Positions 19,911-33,579 of a stretch of 64,000 bases of DNA are shown piece after piece; position 1 is the first letter of the stretch, and every line of letters begins with the position of its first letter. A model generated the notes under the pieces. It did no database searches, was not told where the DNA came from, and worked only from the letters and a program-made list of their open reading frames with translations. The stretch lies in contig NW_027362762.1 in assembly GCF_046119375.1 (NCBI RefSeq), positions 194,742,001 through 194,806,000 of the forward strand, in the 5' to 3' direction. The DNA comes from Phyllobates terribilis. Taxonomy: Eukaryota. The position numbers and the translations under genes were made by a program.

Positions 19911-22482
19911 GTCAAAGCCACAGTGGTGGCAGAACTAGTCTGAAGCAGCTGAAACCCGGCGAAGGTAAAACACTGCTTGATGTGGACATTTCTATAAGTG
20001 ACTTTGCTGGGGACTGTAACTGGAGCCAAGTGGGCCTGTCTGCCACTTGAAAGGCTCCTGGACATTATATGTAATATGTCGGCGAGCCACTGAGTTGGAC
20101 TCGGTTATGTTGTATAATAAACTGCTGGAGTGTGAAAACTGGAAAAACGTGGCTGGTGTGCTTTAATTGACCCGGTGCAGCGAGTGTCCCCCAGTATGAT
20201 GACTAGCGCTGCCTTACACAGTATAACAATATAATAGTAGATGTTGATGAAGAGAAGGATCAGACAGTGGAACCTCAACATGCCAGATCCTTCTTTATTC
20301 CTCTTTCTCAATTCAAATCCATGTGTACAGGGCGTTGGTAGAGAGAACTGTGGCCTCAATGAGCATTATAGTGTTTGGCCAGTTTGAGCCATATCTCGTC
20401 ATCGGTGATCTATATCAGTGTTCCCCAACTCCAGTCCTCAAGGCCCACCTACAGGCCATGTTTTCAGGATATTATACAGGATTTTAACAAGTTTTAAAAA
20501 TAAATTGTTTGTGATGTCATTTTGTGAACAGATAAAATGTTCCTTATGGCTTAAAAAATGGATTGACACTATCATGTATGTTATTAAACGTGCTCTATCT
20601 ATGTTAGGTTAATTTTGCAGTTTCTATAAGTGAAAGCCAGGGGTGTGATGTCCAATAAACACATACAAAAACTATAATAGAAAGATCTGACCCTCTTGCA
20701 TGGTTTAGATCTACTATTGATTTTGGCTCATACATAAGGATGCAAAATTTTGACCAAAATACTGCCCCTTCAAAATGGCCTTCTAGTGTCTGTCTAATTC
20801 CACAGTTTTGAAGAGGTCCATTTAAACAACATGTTGCCTTTCATTTTATAGTTTCTTTGCTATTGTTTGATAATAACAATAATTACCGTATGTGAATGCA
20901 GAGAAAGATCAACTTTTATTTATTGTTCAACCTTATTGATGACTGTAATCAGGCATTGTGTATTGGGAACTTATGGTGGCAGCTACAATTACACTAGTTA
21001 CTACAACTTAGTGCATGACGCCACTGCTGAGCAACAATGACGCCCCTGCCAGGCTAAGAGAAAACTATTCCCCTTGGGCAGACAGAATTGTAATGATCAA
21101 CATGTCCATCAGATTCTCTCTCTCCAATAATTTTTAAACTACTTTTTCATTCTTCAGTGATTTGACAAATCATTGCATGTAAGACAGCCTTTAGCACACC
21201 AAGACTATTTTCTAAACATCTTTCTTTAATAGTAGCAGTTTTCTCCTTCCACATGTCAGTGAAATGGATGATAAATGGGGGTGGAGACTACTTCCTTCCT
21301 AAAATTTCTAGTGCTAAACATCATGAGATAATTATCAACCTTGGGTCTCGTCATTGTGTCCTAAAATTAGATATGCACTTTCATGTGACTTGTAACAGAA
21401 ATCTGATTTCATTGTGCAATGACTTATAACATATATAAGATAAAAGTCACTAAGTGAAGAAGGGAAATGCCTCTCTCATTGACAATGTGATCTGGAGAAG
21501 GGCTCCATTGTGATTACATTTTGCAAAGCTAGATCATTTGATCCATGATCAGTAAGAGTGGCCAATTCACTGGAAATCTGAAAAATTTGAAAATTCTGTA
21601 ATGTGAAATTATGAGTAAGGGTTCATTTGCACGGACTGGCCAGCAGCATGATACGTCAGCTGGTCGACAGGGCCAGCGTTAGGGAAGGTCTAACTGGGTA
21701 ATTACCCATTGCCTCCGCTGCCTTGGGGGGCCCCAGCGTCTACAGAAGGAGCTACACTGACAATAGTTATCAGTGTAGCTTTTGATGATGTGGAGGCTGC
21801 TTTAGAACCTTTGGTGATATCACGATCATGTAACCAGTCATGTGACCATGATATCACCATATGATCGGTAAGCTTTTACTGTTGGTGGTGGTTTAATAAC
21901 CTGTTTACACAGACAGACTAAAGTAAATGAAGCGCACTGAGAGATCTGTAATGGATTGCTGAGTACGCATAGGCAGACATAGTTGTCGGCAGTGCGAGCC
22001 CTGTTTGCACAGACTGATGCAACTCCGAGAATGATGGTCTTTTAAGCTGAGCACCCTATGAACGAGAGTTTATCTTTATGGACACCTTTGCAAAGAGCAA
22101 TTTGTTGTTATTTGCTCTCCTAATAAACTATATCACCTCTATGACTAAGATATTGAGCTCAGAAAGAAGGCACCTTCTTCTATCAGTTATTACCAGTTTC
22201 AACTGGTCCCATTCACTTTAATAGGAACTCCAGAACCCAAGAACAGACATTTCACAGTAAACGAAGCTGGCGTTTTCTAGCTTTGTACACTGTGTATGTT
22301 CAGCAGCAGAAGGACCTAGAGACAGCTGATCAATGGAATGAAGGTTATTGGCTCCCACCTATATGACTGATGACCGAGCCTAAAGATAGTACACAAACAT
22401 ATACAATTGTATTCTGAAGACCTTAATGAACATGCAAACACTGAATATATGATTTTGAACTGGATTACTGCTATACATACTA

Positions 22483-24020
22483 TGCAGACTTCTGAATCCC
22501 CCCAAGGGTTGCGAGGATTCGCCGGTTTCTGAGCTGGGACCAGAGGGTTCATACGCGTTATGCATACTCCCGGCCAGAGCCTGTCTAGTGGGCATGGCCT
22601 CACTCCATATGTGGCGCCCCTGAGGGTTCAATCGCCACAGAGGTACTGCACCTCACCCAGAGGTGTGGTATCCCCTTCTCTCAGGTAAGGAGGGAGTGCT
22701 GCCCGGAACCCAACACCTGCATCCAACACTACACTGCTCCAGGCCGGCTGGAAGGGCAAGATGCAATGTGTTTTCCTGCTGAGCCCTGTCCCTGGCTGGA
22801 GTGGGGGGAACCTAAAGGTACGGGGAACCAGTAGTGGGTGTGGGTGGGGGAAGCAGTTTAGGGGAGCACTATAGAGTGAGATATAAAAAGGGGAGGCCAT
22901 CTTAGGAGGACAGTTCAGTCGATGAGAGGAGAAGAGAGTGTCAGGTCAGTCAGGGAGCAGAGTCTCTTTAGGAGCTCTGCTCCACAAGCAGGGCCCAGTC
23001 CCAGAGGCCCAGGTGGGGAGCAGAGGAGTAGGCTCCGATCTAAAGAAGGGATCCCAGGGGGTTCGGCGAGTGCAGGACGGCACCCGTACGCCCCGAATCT
23101 GTCAGAAGACAGAGGGATCGTAGGCCGCAAGAAGGGGACCGGCCCCTGGACCAGTCGTGTAACTTCAAGTCTCGGCTGGAAAAACCGGAGGCTTCTGGCT
23201 TTCATAGACCAGTTGCCACAGCCTTATTCTAGTCTCTGTGAGGGTCAAGCAGGTCCGGGAACTCTGGTAAGACAGGAGGGACTTCAGAGCACCCGAGCGG
23301 GATTGAAAGTGGGGAAGCGCAGGGCAGGAGAGAGAAAGACCCAGCGTGAAGACGGTCTAGAGAGGAACACAAGAAAGAGGGGTTCTGTCAGGTACTCCTC
23401 AACTCCCTGAGGAAGAGCTGAACCCCCGGCCTGGTGAACGCAGCGCGACGTGGGAGGCTGGCACCCGCGCAGTGTATCAGTGGAACGCACATGAGAACTG
23501 TGAGTAAAGACTCGAATGACTGCACCGTACTGCCTCCGTCCAGCTGCGCCATCTTTCCCTCCCTGCACTACAACGCCCAGGACACCCTCGCTTTCTACAC
23601 TGTCCTGAGGCCTGTTGCTCCACCTGTAGGGAGCCGTTCCATCATAAGCTGCCCTAACATCTGCCTCAGAGGACTGCTCTGCAGTGGCGGCTCCCCTTGG
23701 CCGCATTCCACAGGTGGCGTCACGAACACTTTAAAAATCCCCTTTAAATAATCCCCTTTTTGTTGACCGCCCTGGGCCACGGACCGGGCCAGCCACCGTG
23801 ATATCCCCCACCAGCAACCATAGAGGCCCGGCTGCCGAGTACCCCATGGCTTTGGGGGCGCGTCACATACACTTGTATGGGTAAAGAGCAAGGCTGCACC
23901 CACTAGATGGACTCTGGCCGGAAGTATGCATAACGCATACGAACCCTCTGGTCCTGGCTCAGAAACCGGCGAATCCTCGCAGCACACAGAGTATGCTCTG
24001 GGGGGAATCAGAAGTTTGCA
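22483..24020. mobile_element. Palindromic MITE-like host (about 280 bp) split by a solo LTR
   Basis: 22483-22609 is the diverged reverse complement of 23868-24020 (GCGAGGATTCGCCGGTTTCTGAGC / GCTCAGAAACCGGCGAATCCTCGC). Confidence 0.7.
22610..23867 (+). mobile_element. Solo LTR (about 1.26 kb)
   Basis: TGTGGCG...CGTCACA inverted termini, ATATAAAA box near 22881, GC-rich, no coding motifs; inserted into a palindrome. Confidence 0.7.
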
Positions 24021-25289
24021 GTCACACAATTTTTAAGTATAGTATAAGTAGCAACATTGCAGTTCAAAAGTCACATATTCAATATTCCCATACACCTAAT
24101 TGGCACCATACACTGGGTGCTTCCAGCTAAAAGCTAATCATGGGGGTGATGAGTCTCTGGCCCCCATAATTTGATATTGATGACCTATTCTAAAGATAGC
24201 TTAGAAATAAATAGAACCATATTCTGAGCACACTAATGTTGATGTCAACACTGAATATATTATTTTGAACCGGATTACTGCTATATGAACAATACTTATA
24301 ACATTTTATAGGGTTTATGTGAACACTGGATATGTGAATTTTAAACTGCATTATCGTTATATAGGCTATACGTAAAAAAAATATAAGTAAAATCTATATA
24401 GTAGTATAGTTAAAATGTTAAAATACATCTTAAGGCCCTCGTGCACATTAAAATAATGTCATCCGAACCCACCGATATCGATGGGTTCGGACTATTTAAT
24501 GTGTATGGGGGCACCAGTAGACTAATCACCGAGGTTCGACGTGTCAGCTGTCGGCTTTCTCATAGAGAACACAAGAGTGATGGGTCAAATGAGCGCTCCT
24601 GTCTATGGGAGAGACGGCTGAGATGGCTGTCAGACGAACGATAGACAGAAGTATCGTTGGTCCGACAGCCATTGAGTGTGTATGACCAGTTTAGTGCGTC
24701 CAGAATGCAGTTGTATTAATTTGTATGCCATCTCTAAGATCGATCATCAATATCAGATGGTGGAGTCCCTGCTGGTGCAAGTACACAGTACCTATTTGTG
24801 CACTATGGCAATGCAGTCCCAGCAACCTACCTGTACACTTACTTCAGTTTGATAGGAGGTGCCTGTTGATTTCCCGTTTTGCACTAGTCTAAGGATAGGT
24901 CATCAATAGCTCAGTCCTGGACATCCCCTCTAATTGATGGTTATTATCAATGTGTGTTTGATCAGATTCTAGACTACTAAAATGAATATTATGTATTTAG
25001 CCTTGTCCTCTAAATTGTGCGTAACATCGCTCACAGTGTTACACAGTGGCCCTGCGCGCTGTCTCCCCACCCCCCTTGTGCGCTGTCTCTTCCCCCCTTG
25101 TGAGCTGTCTCTGCCACCCCTGTGCACTGCCTGGGGCCCCTGTGCACTGACTGGGGCCCCGTTATTAAGTATTTCACTCAATGGTTCTCAAAAGTGTGAA
25201 AAATCTGATCTACAGCAGCTGGGGTATATTCTGGCCCAGAGGGGTATAATCTGGCCTAGGCCACTTTAACCCCGTGTATATTCTGGGCG

Positions 25290-25615
25290 GGGGGGTTAAT
25301 CTAGCCTGTTACACCGGGTACCATCGGCACATTAAATCGCATAAGATCCGATGACTCCATGTAGTCATACGGATCTTATGCAGTCCAATACAAGTCAATG
25401 GCGGTGATTTCGCAGCGGAATCGTACTAGAATTGGTCTTGCTGCGGTTTTAACCGCAATGCGAATCCGCAGCGGAAATTTCCGCATGATGTGCACAGCAC
25501 ATGCGGATTTGCATTGCAGTACATGGCAGACCTATTACAAGCGATTTTAATGCGTTTTCGCGATGAAAATCCGCAGCAAAAACGCATTAAATCCGCATCC
25601 TGTGCACAAAGACTA
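25290..25615 (+). mobile_element. Right-half fragment of the Harbinger MITE family seen at 30705, 43807 and 47397
   Basis: Shares ACACCGGGTACCATC, AAGTCAATGGCGG, TTTCCGCATGATGTGCACAGCAC and the ATCCTGTGCACA end. Confidence 0.6.
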
Positions 25616-26209
25616 ACAGTCTTTTTATACAGATAAGCTGCCAGAACCAGCACCAATTGATTCTAAAAGATTGATAGGGGCTCAGTTTACCCGTGGCAAT
25701 GATCGTAAATGTACAAACTATATGAGGATAAATGGGCGTTACAATTGTCCCTATACGGTTTGCATTATTGTCATCAGCACGTCTGTTTACGTGACAAAGA
25801 CGTGCTGCCGACAGTCCATGATTGCTATGACCCCATAAAAGAGGCTCCAAACAAGCATTTGCTGGTATATCACTGATCACACGAAAAGTTTACATGGCCA
25901 AAGATCAAGAATGAGTGTTCCTCCTATTACGTTTTGTTCTTCAGATCATAGACCCTTGTAAAAGGTCTTTAAGTTTTAGAAAGAGTGTGTAAAAGCTATT
26001 TGGTAAAAAGTTATAAAAAAAGAGAAGGAAAATGTTTTAAAGCAAAAAGAAATGACCGAGAAACAGGGGTAGCAGGAAAAACAGGTTGAAAATTAGCTGA
26101 TCAACATGACTCCTACCAAAGAAGGTAGAAAGCTGTACTGTGTAGTTTGCAGGAATCCCTGTATTTAAAGGGAAAATAAACAAAAGCTGTAAAAATTCTC
26201 GTTATTATA

Positions 26210-26476
26210 GATTTTATTTATCTTACTCACTTATATAGCGCCATTAATTCCACAGAACTTTACAGACATCATCACTGTCTCCATTGGGGCTCAAAATCTA
26301 AATTCCCTATCAGTATGTCTTTGGAGTGTGGGAGGAAACCGGAGAACCCGGAAGAAACCCACCCAAACACAGGGAGAACATACAAACTCCTTGCAGATAT
26401 TGTCCTTGGTGGGATTTGAGCCCAAGACCCCAGCGCTGCAAGACTGCAGTGCTAACCACTGAACCACCGTGCTGCC
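26210..26476 (-). mobile_element. tRNA-derived SINE (V-SINE/HE1-like) with an L2-like tail
   Basis: Minus strand reads GGCAGCACGGTGGTTCAGTGG (A box), GGCTCAAATCC (B box), GGAGTTTGTATGTTCTCCC..GGTTTCCTCCCACACTCCAAAGACAT (V-domain-like) and the GCGCTATATAA tail. Confidence 0.85.
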
Positions 26477-28381
26477 CTATGATCAATCTACACTGAAGAA
26501 TGAATTACAGTGAAGAAAATCATCAGAAAATAACCTATTGTTTTTAAGTGAGTTTTTTAAATAGATTTTTATTATTTTTTTTATATATCATGATCTTTAC
26601 TGAAAAACAAAATTAGTAATCTTGCACACTGGCCACTGGGGCTTTATTTAGACTTCTTTTAGGAAGAGTTTACAGCAGATTCAGGACTACAATGACAGGT
26701 AACACCTCTATACACGCTGCTATCCTGCAAATATCCACTTACACTACGGCAATCGGTTGCTGATGAAGGTCCGGATTTAGGGATCAAAACGTTAATTTTT
26801 GTTTTCGATTGTCATTAAAACTTTCTGTTCATTTACTGCCACACTGAATGCCGAGTCTCTTTCTCTATGGACTGGATCGCTACTCGAGCCCCACATTCTC
26901 CTTGAACAGGGAGCCATATATCTCTACAGTAAGAATAATGCTAGGTCACACTTAGTGATCTATTCAATATCCACATGAAAATCGGTTGTTATACACTGGT
27001 TCTGAGTTTTACAGAAGGTCATTGTTTAGGGAGGAGGAGTAGGTGAGATGTGACCAAACACCTATTGTGAATGTTGGATCCTGTGTTAGCTTGTGTTACC
27101 TTTCATTGTAATCCTTTCAGCAATGATAATGAAACTGCTGAAAAGTCATCTGTGCAGAGCAGGAAGTATGAGTCTATTATGAGGCTTAGTGGCCAACCTG
27201 AAAATTGCAAGATTTTGAAGATAGTGATAAGTAAAATAAAAAAAGATATATATTTTTTAAATACTGTACATTTAACATAATAACCTGATTTAAACTATGC
27301 CATTTTCTGATGATTTATTTTCTTTAAGTGAGTATATGCAGTGAGTTGGCCACTTTTTTCATCCCGTGATTTTTAACCCGAAAAATACAGCATTTTACTA
27401 TCCTAGCAAAGTTAATGAGATTTCTGAAATCTCATGCTCACGTTGCTTATTTTTTCCTCGCAGATTTGAAGCAGTTTAAAATCTGCAGCATGTCAATTTT
27501 TTTTCAGCATTTTCCACCCATTCTAGTAATTGAGAAAAAATGCATTAAAAGTGCACGCAAAAATGTGGCAAAAGCGCACCTTTTTTATTCACGTTTTTTC
27601 CTGTCAAGAAATACGCTTTTGACGCAGATATGTCTACAGAAAATACTTAATGTATGCACATACCCAGAAAAGATATTTTTATTCTCAAAAAAAGTTGAAA
27701 CACATAAATATTAGCATATTCTGATATACGTTTATTTTTTTAATTTTTATGCAGGCGATGACAATTTGGGACAGCAGTAAAGCTATGGATACCACAAGAT
27801 ATATTAGCCTATGTCACACTGTGGGTTATTGGATAACAACATTTTCCACTATCCTATGGTGTAGGATGATTTCAGTGATATTTATCTCACATACTTCTTC
27901 AATTTGCTATTTTAATAATTCCCCTTTTGACAATGTTAACAAACCCTTCCTGCATTTCACTACAGTTTGTTTTGAAACGTTAACTGAAATCTTCTTATCA
28001 CTCAGAATACATTCACTGATGGTGCACTGAAGGCAGATACTAGTAATGTATGCCAACTATCTATCTGTGAAGTCCTCCTATTAGGCATATATGCCAGTTG
28101 ATTGTACTTTTGTCCTAACATTCTCAGTTATAACAATTGGAAAGTGTCTTAAAGGGGATATCCACTTTTAGCAAAGTGGATCCCAAATAATTCCAGTAAT
28201 GTAAAATAATAAAATCAGATAATAGTTACCCTCCCCAGCAGAGTTGGATTGGGTTGGCAAAGGCCCACCAGTAACTTTGATTCTTGGGGCTCACTGTTCA
28301 GCTACATGCAAAAGTTACCCGACCGTAGTGCACAAATTTACTTTTACTTCTATATAATATTAATTTGGCTGGCTTCTTTAA

Positions 28382-29504
28382 CACCTTCATGACCGGAGCA
28401 TTTTCCGTTTTTGCGTTTTCATTTTTTGCTCCCCTTGTTCCCAGAGCCATAACTTTTTTTATTTTTTGGTCAATATGGCCATGTGAGGGCTTATTTTTTG
28501 CCGGACAAGTTGTAATTTTGAACGACATCACTGGTTTTACCATATCGCGTACTGGAAAACGGGCAAAAAATTCCAAGTGCGGTAAAATTGCAAAACAAGT
28601 GCAATTCCACAGTTTTTTTTTTACCATGTTCACTGAATGCTAAAACTGACCTGCCATTATTATTCTCCAGGTCATTATGAGTTCGTAGACACCAAACATG
28701 TATAGGTTATTTTTTATTTAAGTGGTGAAAAAAAAGCGCCATTTTACGAGACCCATAGCGTCTCTATTTTTCAGGATCTGGAGCTGGGTGAGGACTTATT
28801 TTTTTGTGTGCCGAGCTGCCGTTTTTATTGATACCATTTTGGGGTAGATACGATGTTTTGATCGCCCGTTATTGCATTTTATTGCAATGTTGTGGTGACC
28901 AAAAAATTCTGGAGTTTAGAATTTTTTTTCTCGTTACGCCGTTTACCGATCGGATTAATTCTTTCTTTTATATTGATAGATCGGACGAATAGGGTGAAAG
29001 GGGGGTGATTTCAACTTTTATATATATATATTTTTTTTAATTTTTAAAAAACATTTTTTTACAATTTTTGCATGCTTCAATAGTCTCCATAGGAGACTAG
29101 AGGCTGCAGTTATCCGATCGCCTGTGCTACATATAGGCGATGAGCTGATTGCCTCGTAGCAGTCTAGCAGTGACAACCACAGGGGTCTCCTGCAGACCCC
29201 GGGTTGTCATGCCAACCCATCGGTGACCCGCGATCATGTGATGTGGTCACCGATGTGCGGGGTAAGTGATGCGCATCCTGTTTGCGCAAGTTAAATGCCG
29301 CTGTCAGAGATTGACAGTGGCATTTAACTAGTTAACAGCCGCGGGTGGATCGCAATTACACCCACAGATGTTGTTACACACATATATATATATTGTATAG
29401 ATCAGCTATCATGTGCACGGTTTAGTGCGGGCTCAGCGCCGGAGCCCGTGCTGAACAGAGGGTGATGACGTGGTGCGTACTATTACGTACCATGTCATAA
29501 GGGG
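28382..29504. mobile_element. Non-autonomous piggyBac-type MITE, TTAA TSD
   Basis: TTAA-CACCTTCATGAC...GTCATAAGGGG-TTAA; same family as 61564-62347. Confidence 0.85.
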
Positions 29505-30704
29505 TTAATGAATGATTAGATTATACTTTTTCCTGCAAATTGTGAATCAAGTGTAATAGCATTATTCCTTATCACTCCTTCACAGGGGCCTATCGGAGGA
29601 TTCTCCTGTGGGCCAGTCCAAGTCCGCCCCCCAGTGCCAGCTCCCTGCTGCTGCTTTGGTCTCTGCATTTTAGCTGCAGCGGTGACATCATGTTCACAGT
29701 TCATATGACTGCTGCAGCCAATCACTAAGCTCAGTGGCTCGTACTGTCTACATTGGCCGAGCCATTGAGCTCAATGATTGGCTGCAGTGGTAATGTGAGC
29801 TTTCGATGTGATGTCACTTCTATAGCCAAAACACAGACACCGGAGCATCAGCGGAAGCCGGCGCTGGCATAGGGGAGGGTGAGTAATATGTGGCTTTGTT
29901 ATTTTAAATTACAGAAATTATTTGGGGTCCAATTTTCTAAAAGTGAAAAACTGTTTGAAATCCAGTTAATTAAAAGCCATGATCCAGACCCAGGCTCAAT
30001 GGAAAATATGCTTCCAACATATTGAAAATACAGCTTCAAACATATGAAGAACAAACTTATCAACAAACACAGTAAAAACACAGAATTATTAAAAGTCCTC
30101 GTGGTAGATTCAGCAGGCGCAGTCAGACACTGATAGATGCAAGATCTCAAAATGTTGCATCTTCGTGGTGAGGCCACACCAATCTCCCACCCTGCAGAAT
30201 CTCCTGCATTAACTTGCACTCTATATGCATTAGGCTACATTCACACAACCGTATTTTCGGTCCGTGTACTGGCCATACAGCATATGCCACGGACACACAA
30301 GGACAGCAGAGGCCAGTTGTAGCCTGTGGGCTAGCACACATCTATGGTTCACGTGTAAAAAATCACAGCATTCACTAATCTGGTCCATTCTAGGATCCGA
30401 ATAATGCATTTTATAGCAGACGGCAACTGCAAGGGTCCGCTTTGTGGAAACAGCAAGAAGCTCCACACAAAGCCAGTCATATCTGCAATCTACAATGTGA
30501 ATCTTGATGCCAACACCTAATTCTTTAGTCCACAGGGAGACAATACTCTGTTTACACGGACAGATAAACTGCCCAAACGAGTGCTGATCAATGATACTGG
30601 AAACTGATTGGTTCTTTTTAAGCCGGGGTCAAATGGCCATTGATTGCCTCATGCAAAAGAGTGGGGGCTGATTATGCTAATGACACACGTATCAAACGCT
30701 GTTA

Positions 30705-31600
30705 GGCTATGTGCCCACGATGCAGAAATGCTGCGGATTTTTTCCTGAGCGTTTCTGCATCTCCCTGGCAGAAAAAACGCATGCGGATTGTACATGCGGA
30801 TTGTACATGCGGATTGTACATGCGTTTTTCCTGCCAGGGACATGCGGATGTGAAGCGTTCTTCACATGCATTTCTGCATGCTGGTTGACAAGAGCTTTCC
30901 AAGCGATTTTAGCATCACTTGGAAAGTGCTTGACAACTTGGTCACACTATATAAATCCATGCAAACAGCATGGATTTATATACTGTGACCGAAAGAATGG
31001 TAAAAAATAAAAAATAAATATTATACTTACCTTCTGATAGCCCCCGGTATGCTTGTCTCTGCTTGCCGGCAGCTCGCGGTAGATTTACGGACCTGCCGAC
31101 GTCAGCGGTCGCGTGACCCGTAACATGACTATGACGTCAGCGCAGGTCCTTTAGTCTACTGTGAGCTGCCTGCAAGCAGAGACAAGGATACCGGGGGCCA
31201 TCAGAAGGTAAGTATAATATTTATTTTTTATTTTATTCTTTTTTTTACAGGTTCTATGGTACCTGGGTCCAGAGGAGAGTCTCCTGTCCTCCACACCCGG
31301 GTACCATCCGCACATTGAAACGCATGGATTCCGCATCTACAGATCCAGTGATGCGGATTCCACGCGTTCCAATGAAAGTCAATGGCGGCGAAAACGCAGC
31401 GCTTCTGCAAAATAATAGGTAGTGCTGCGTTTTTTTTCCGCAATGATAATCCGCAGCTGAAATTTCCGCATCATGTGCACAGCACGTGCCGATTATCATT
31501 GGGGACCATTGCAGACCTTCTACCAAGCGTTTTTTAAGCGTTTCTACAAAGGAATTGCCGCTCCGGAAACACTTAAAAAACGCATCGTGGGCACACAGCC
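30705..31600 (+). mobile_element. PIF/Harbinger-type MITE copy A (896 bp), TTA TSD
   Basis: TTA-GGCTATGTGCCCACGATGC...GCATCGTGGGCACACAGCC-TTA. Internal hairpin 31023-31214; 13-bp ATGCGGATTGTAC x3 near 30781. Confidence 0.9.
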
Positions 31601-33290
31601 TTAGAGTTTGATCCGAGTGTCATCTGATTTTTCTGCATGAGATAATCGCATCACAGGTGTGGAGAAGACGGAGAACTTAATTTTTCCATCATCTCCATTG
31701 TCTCTGTGTGTGTGTGTGTGTGTACATCGGACTGCACTCTGATGACATCCGAGTGCAGTTCGATGTTTCACATGCACCAATAGACTTCAACAGGTGCGTG
31801 CGATTTGATTATTGGATGCACTCACAGATTGTTTTCTAATTCTGAATGGGCATGAGAAAAAAAATCACAGATCTGCACTTACCCATACTGAGTTAAATCT
31901 GATAAAACATTGCATAGCACTCGACCATGTTATACGCTAGCGTGAGTGAGCCCTTACTTGTTGAAATTATGAATGTGCACGTTGCATGGGGATGAGCAAT
32001 TGATTCTAAAGACTGTATTATTTTCGGCAGCTGAAACCTGTTTACATATGTGCTACGACCATCGATGACTTTATGCCCTGGATTAAGTAAAAAAAAAAAA
32101 ACTTTTCTTTTTATTTTATGACATTTATAACATATATAATGTTTTTTGAAACCCAAGCATTTAAGTCCAACAGCACTTCCAGGTGACTTTTTAGAATAAG
32201 TGGTCATGGGTGTGCAGTTCCATGTGCACTAGAAGCCTCAGCAGTTTCTCCTTGCGTTTTTCGTTCCCCTCCGGCTTCTCCCCCTCCATCCTCCATGGAG
32301 TTCTACATCCAGCAGATGTAATTGTAACTTTCACTGTAAACAGATTTGAGCAGTTTTTAAGAATGAATGATTGGAGCATGAAACTAAAAGGGACTCATAA
32401 ATGAGGAAAGAAGCATATTTGTCTAATAACAATTACTACAAAGTTTCTTATCATCACTTGCGCTGTTAATTTATGAAAAAGATAATAAAAGTGTAGTTAC
32501 TATTTAAACATGGTACTTGGTATCTCTTCTGTTTCAATGATGTGTTTGGAAGGTGGAACAAAGATAAACCAGAGAGAAATCTGGACAATCTATAAAATTC
32601 TGAGGAATAGTCAGGAGCTGGTCATATAGAGACAATCATATAGGTAGGGAAGTGACATAGAGAACAGCATGAGAACAGTAGAGTGCAGGGAGTGAGGAGC
32701 TGAAGGCACAGGAGCACGCGCGGACCATAAAACCATAAGGACTGTAAGGCAATAGGGAAGCAATTACAGAGAAAGAAATGAAATTTGGTAGCATACAATG
32801 ACCCTAACATACAATGGAACTTGGATGTTCCATGTGGGATCGGATTTTTTTTTACACACCCACAGCCTTCAATGGGTGAGTCTCATTTGAGACTTAGAAG
32901 AAAGTAGTGCATGATGCGATTTTTCTTCTCAAGGACAGTTGGGCTGAAAGCAAAATTCTTGATTGGAACAGCCTTATAGAATAACATGGGTCAGCATGCT
33001 ATCTGTGTGCTATCCGATCAAAAATCAGATAGTACATGTCCGATTTATATGCTCATGCATGAGCCCTTTAGCCATGTTCACACTAAAGGTGCTTTCACAT
33101 TGCGTTCTGTGTCCCCGTCCGGGCATACGTCCTAAAATTCCTCGCAAAACAGGGTCTGGATGTATGTGCTGATGGGGGCAATAGACCGCAATGGTGACGG
33201 CAGAGTGAACGTGAGATCTGCCGTGCACTTTTTTTCAGGAGTGTACGCCCACAGGAGGCGGACACTCAGACGTAGGCTGCTGCGTCACTG

Positions 33291-33579
33291 ACCTGCCTCC
33301 TATTTTACCTAGCCCCGCACTGCTAGATGCATTATGTAAAATAGGAGGCAGGTCATTGAACGATCAGTGAGCTGTCATAAGAGCATACAGATGAATATGT
33401 AAGCAGAGCACCAGATAGAGCGCCCCGGAGCATGAGCATCTCATTATCTCAAACTGAAAGTAGAGATTACACAAGAATCACAGGACGGATTTCATCAACC
33501 AAGGTATCTAATCAGTGTAATGTCACCCACCTGACAGTGTATGTAGTTTACTGAGCACAATCCTGCTGACAGGTGCACT
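33291..33579. mobile_element. Truncated second copy of the 10379-10765 MITE
   Basis: Near-identical internal sequence and right TIR ending CTGACAGGTGCACT-TTAA. Confidence 0.8.

Noticed and set aside
19910-20340. Non-repetitive-looking stretch as a possible exon or hAT transposase fragment
   Set aside because: Frames I translated are short with no recognisable motif or paired splice sites; a translated database search would be needed.
22915-24029. Cluster of 96-162-aa ORFs on both strands
   Set aside because: They lie in a GC-rich solo LTR where stops are rare, and show no gag/pol/env motifs.
26400-26476. tRNA-like A/B boxes as a tRNA gene; also GGTTCAAGTCCC near 12253
   Set aside because: The first is the head of a SINE continuing into a V-domain and LINE-like tail. 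The second is an isolated B-box-like string inside a piggyBac-type element with no cloverleaf.
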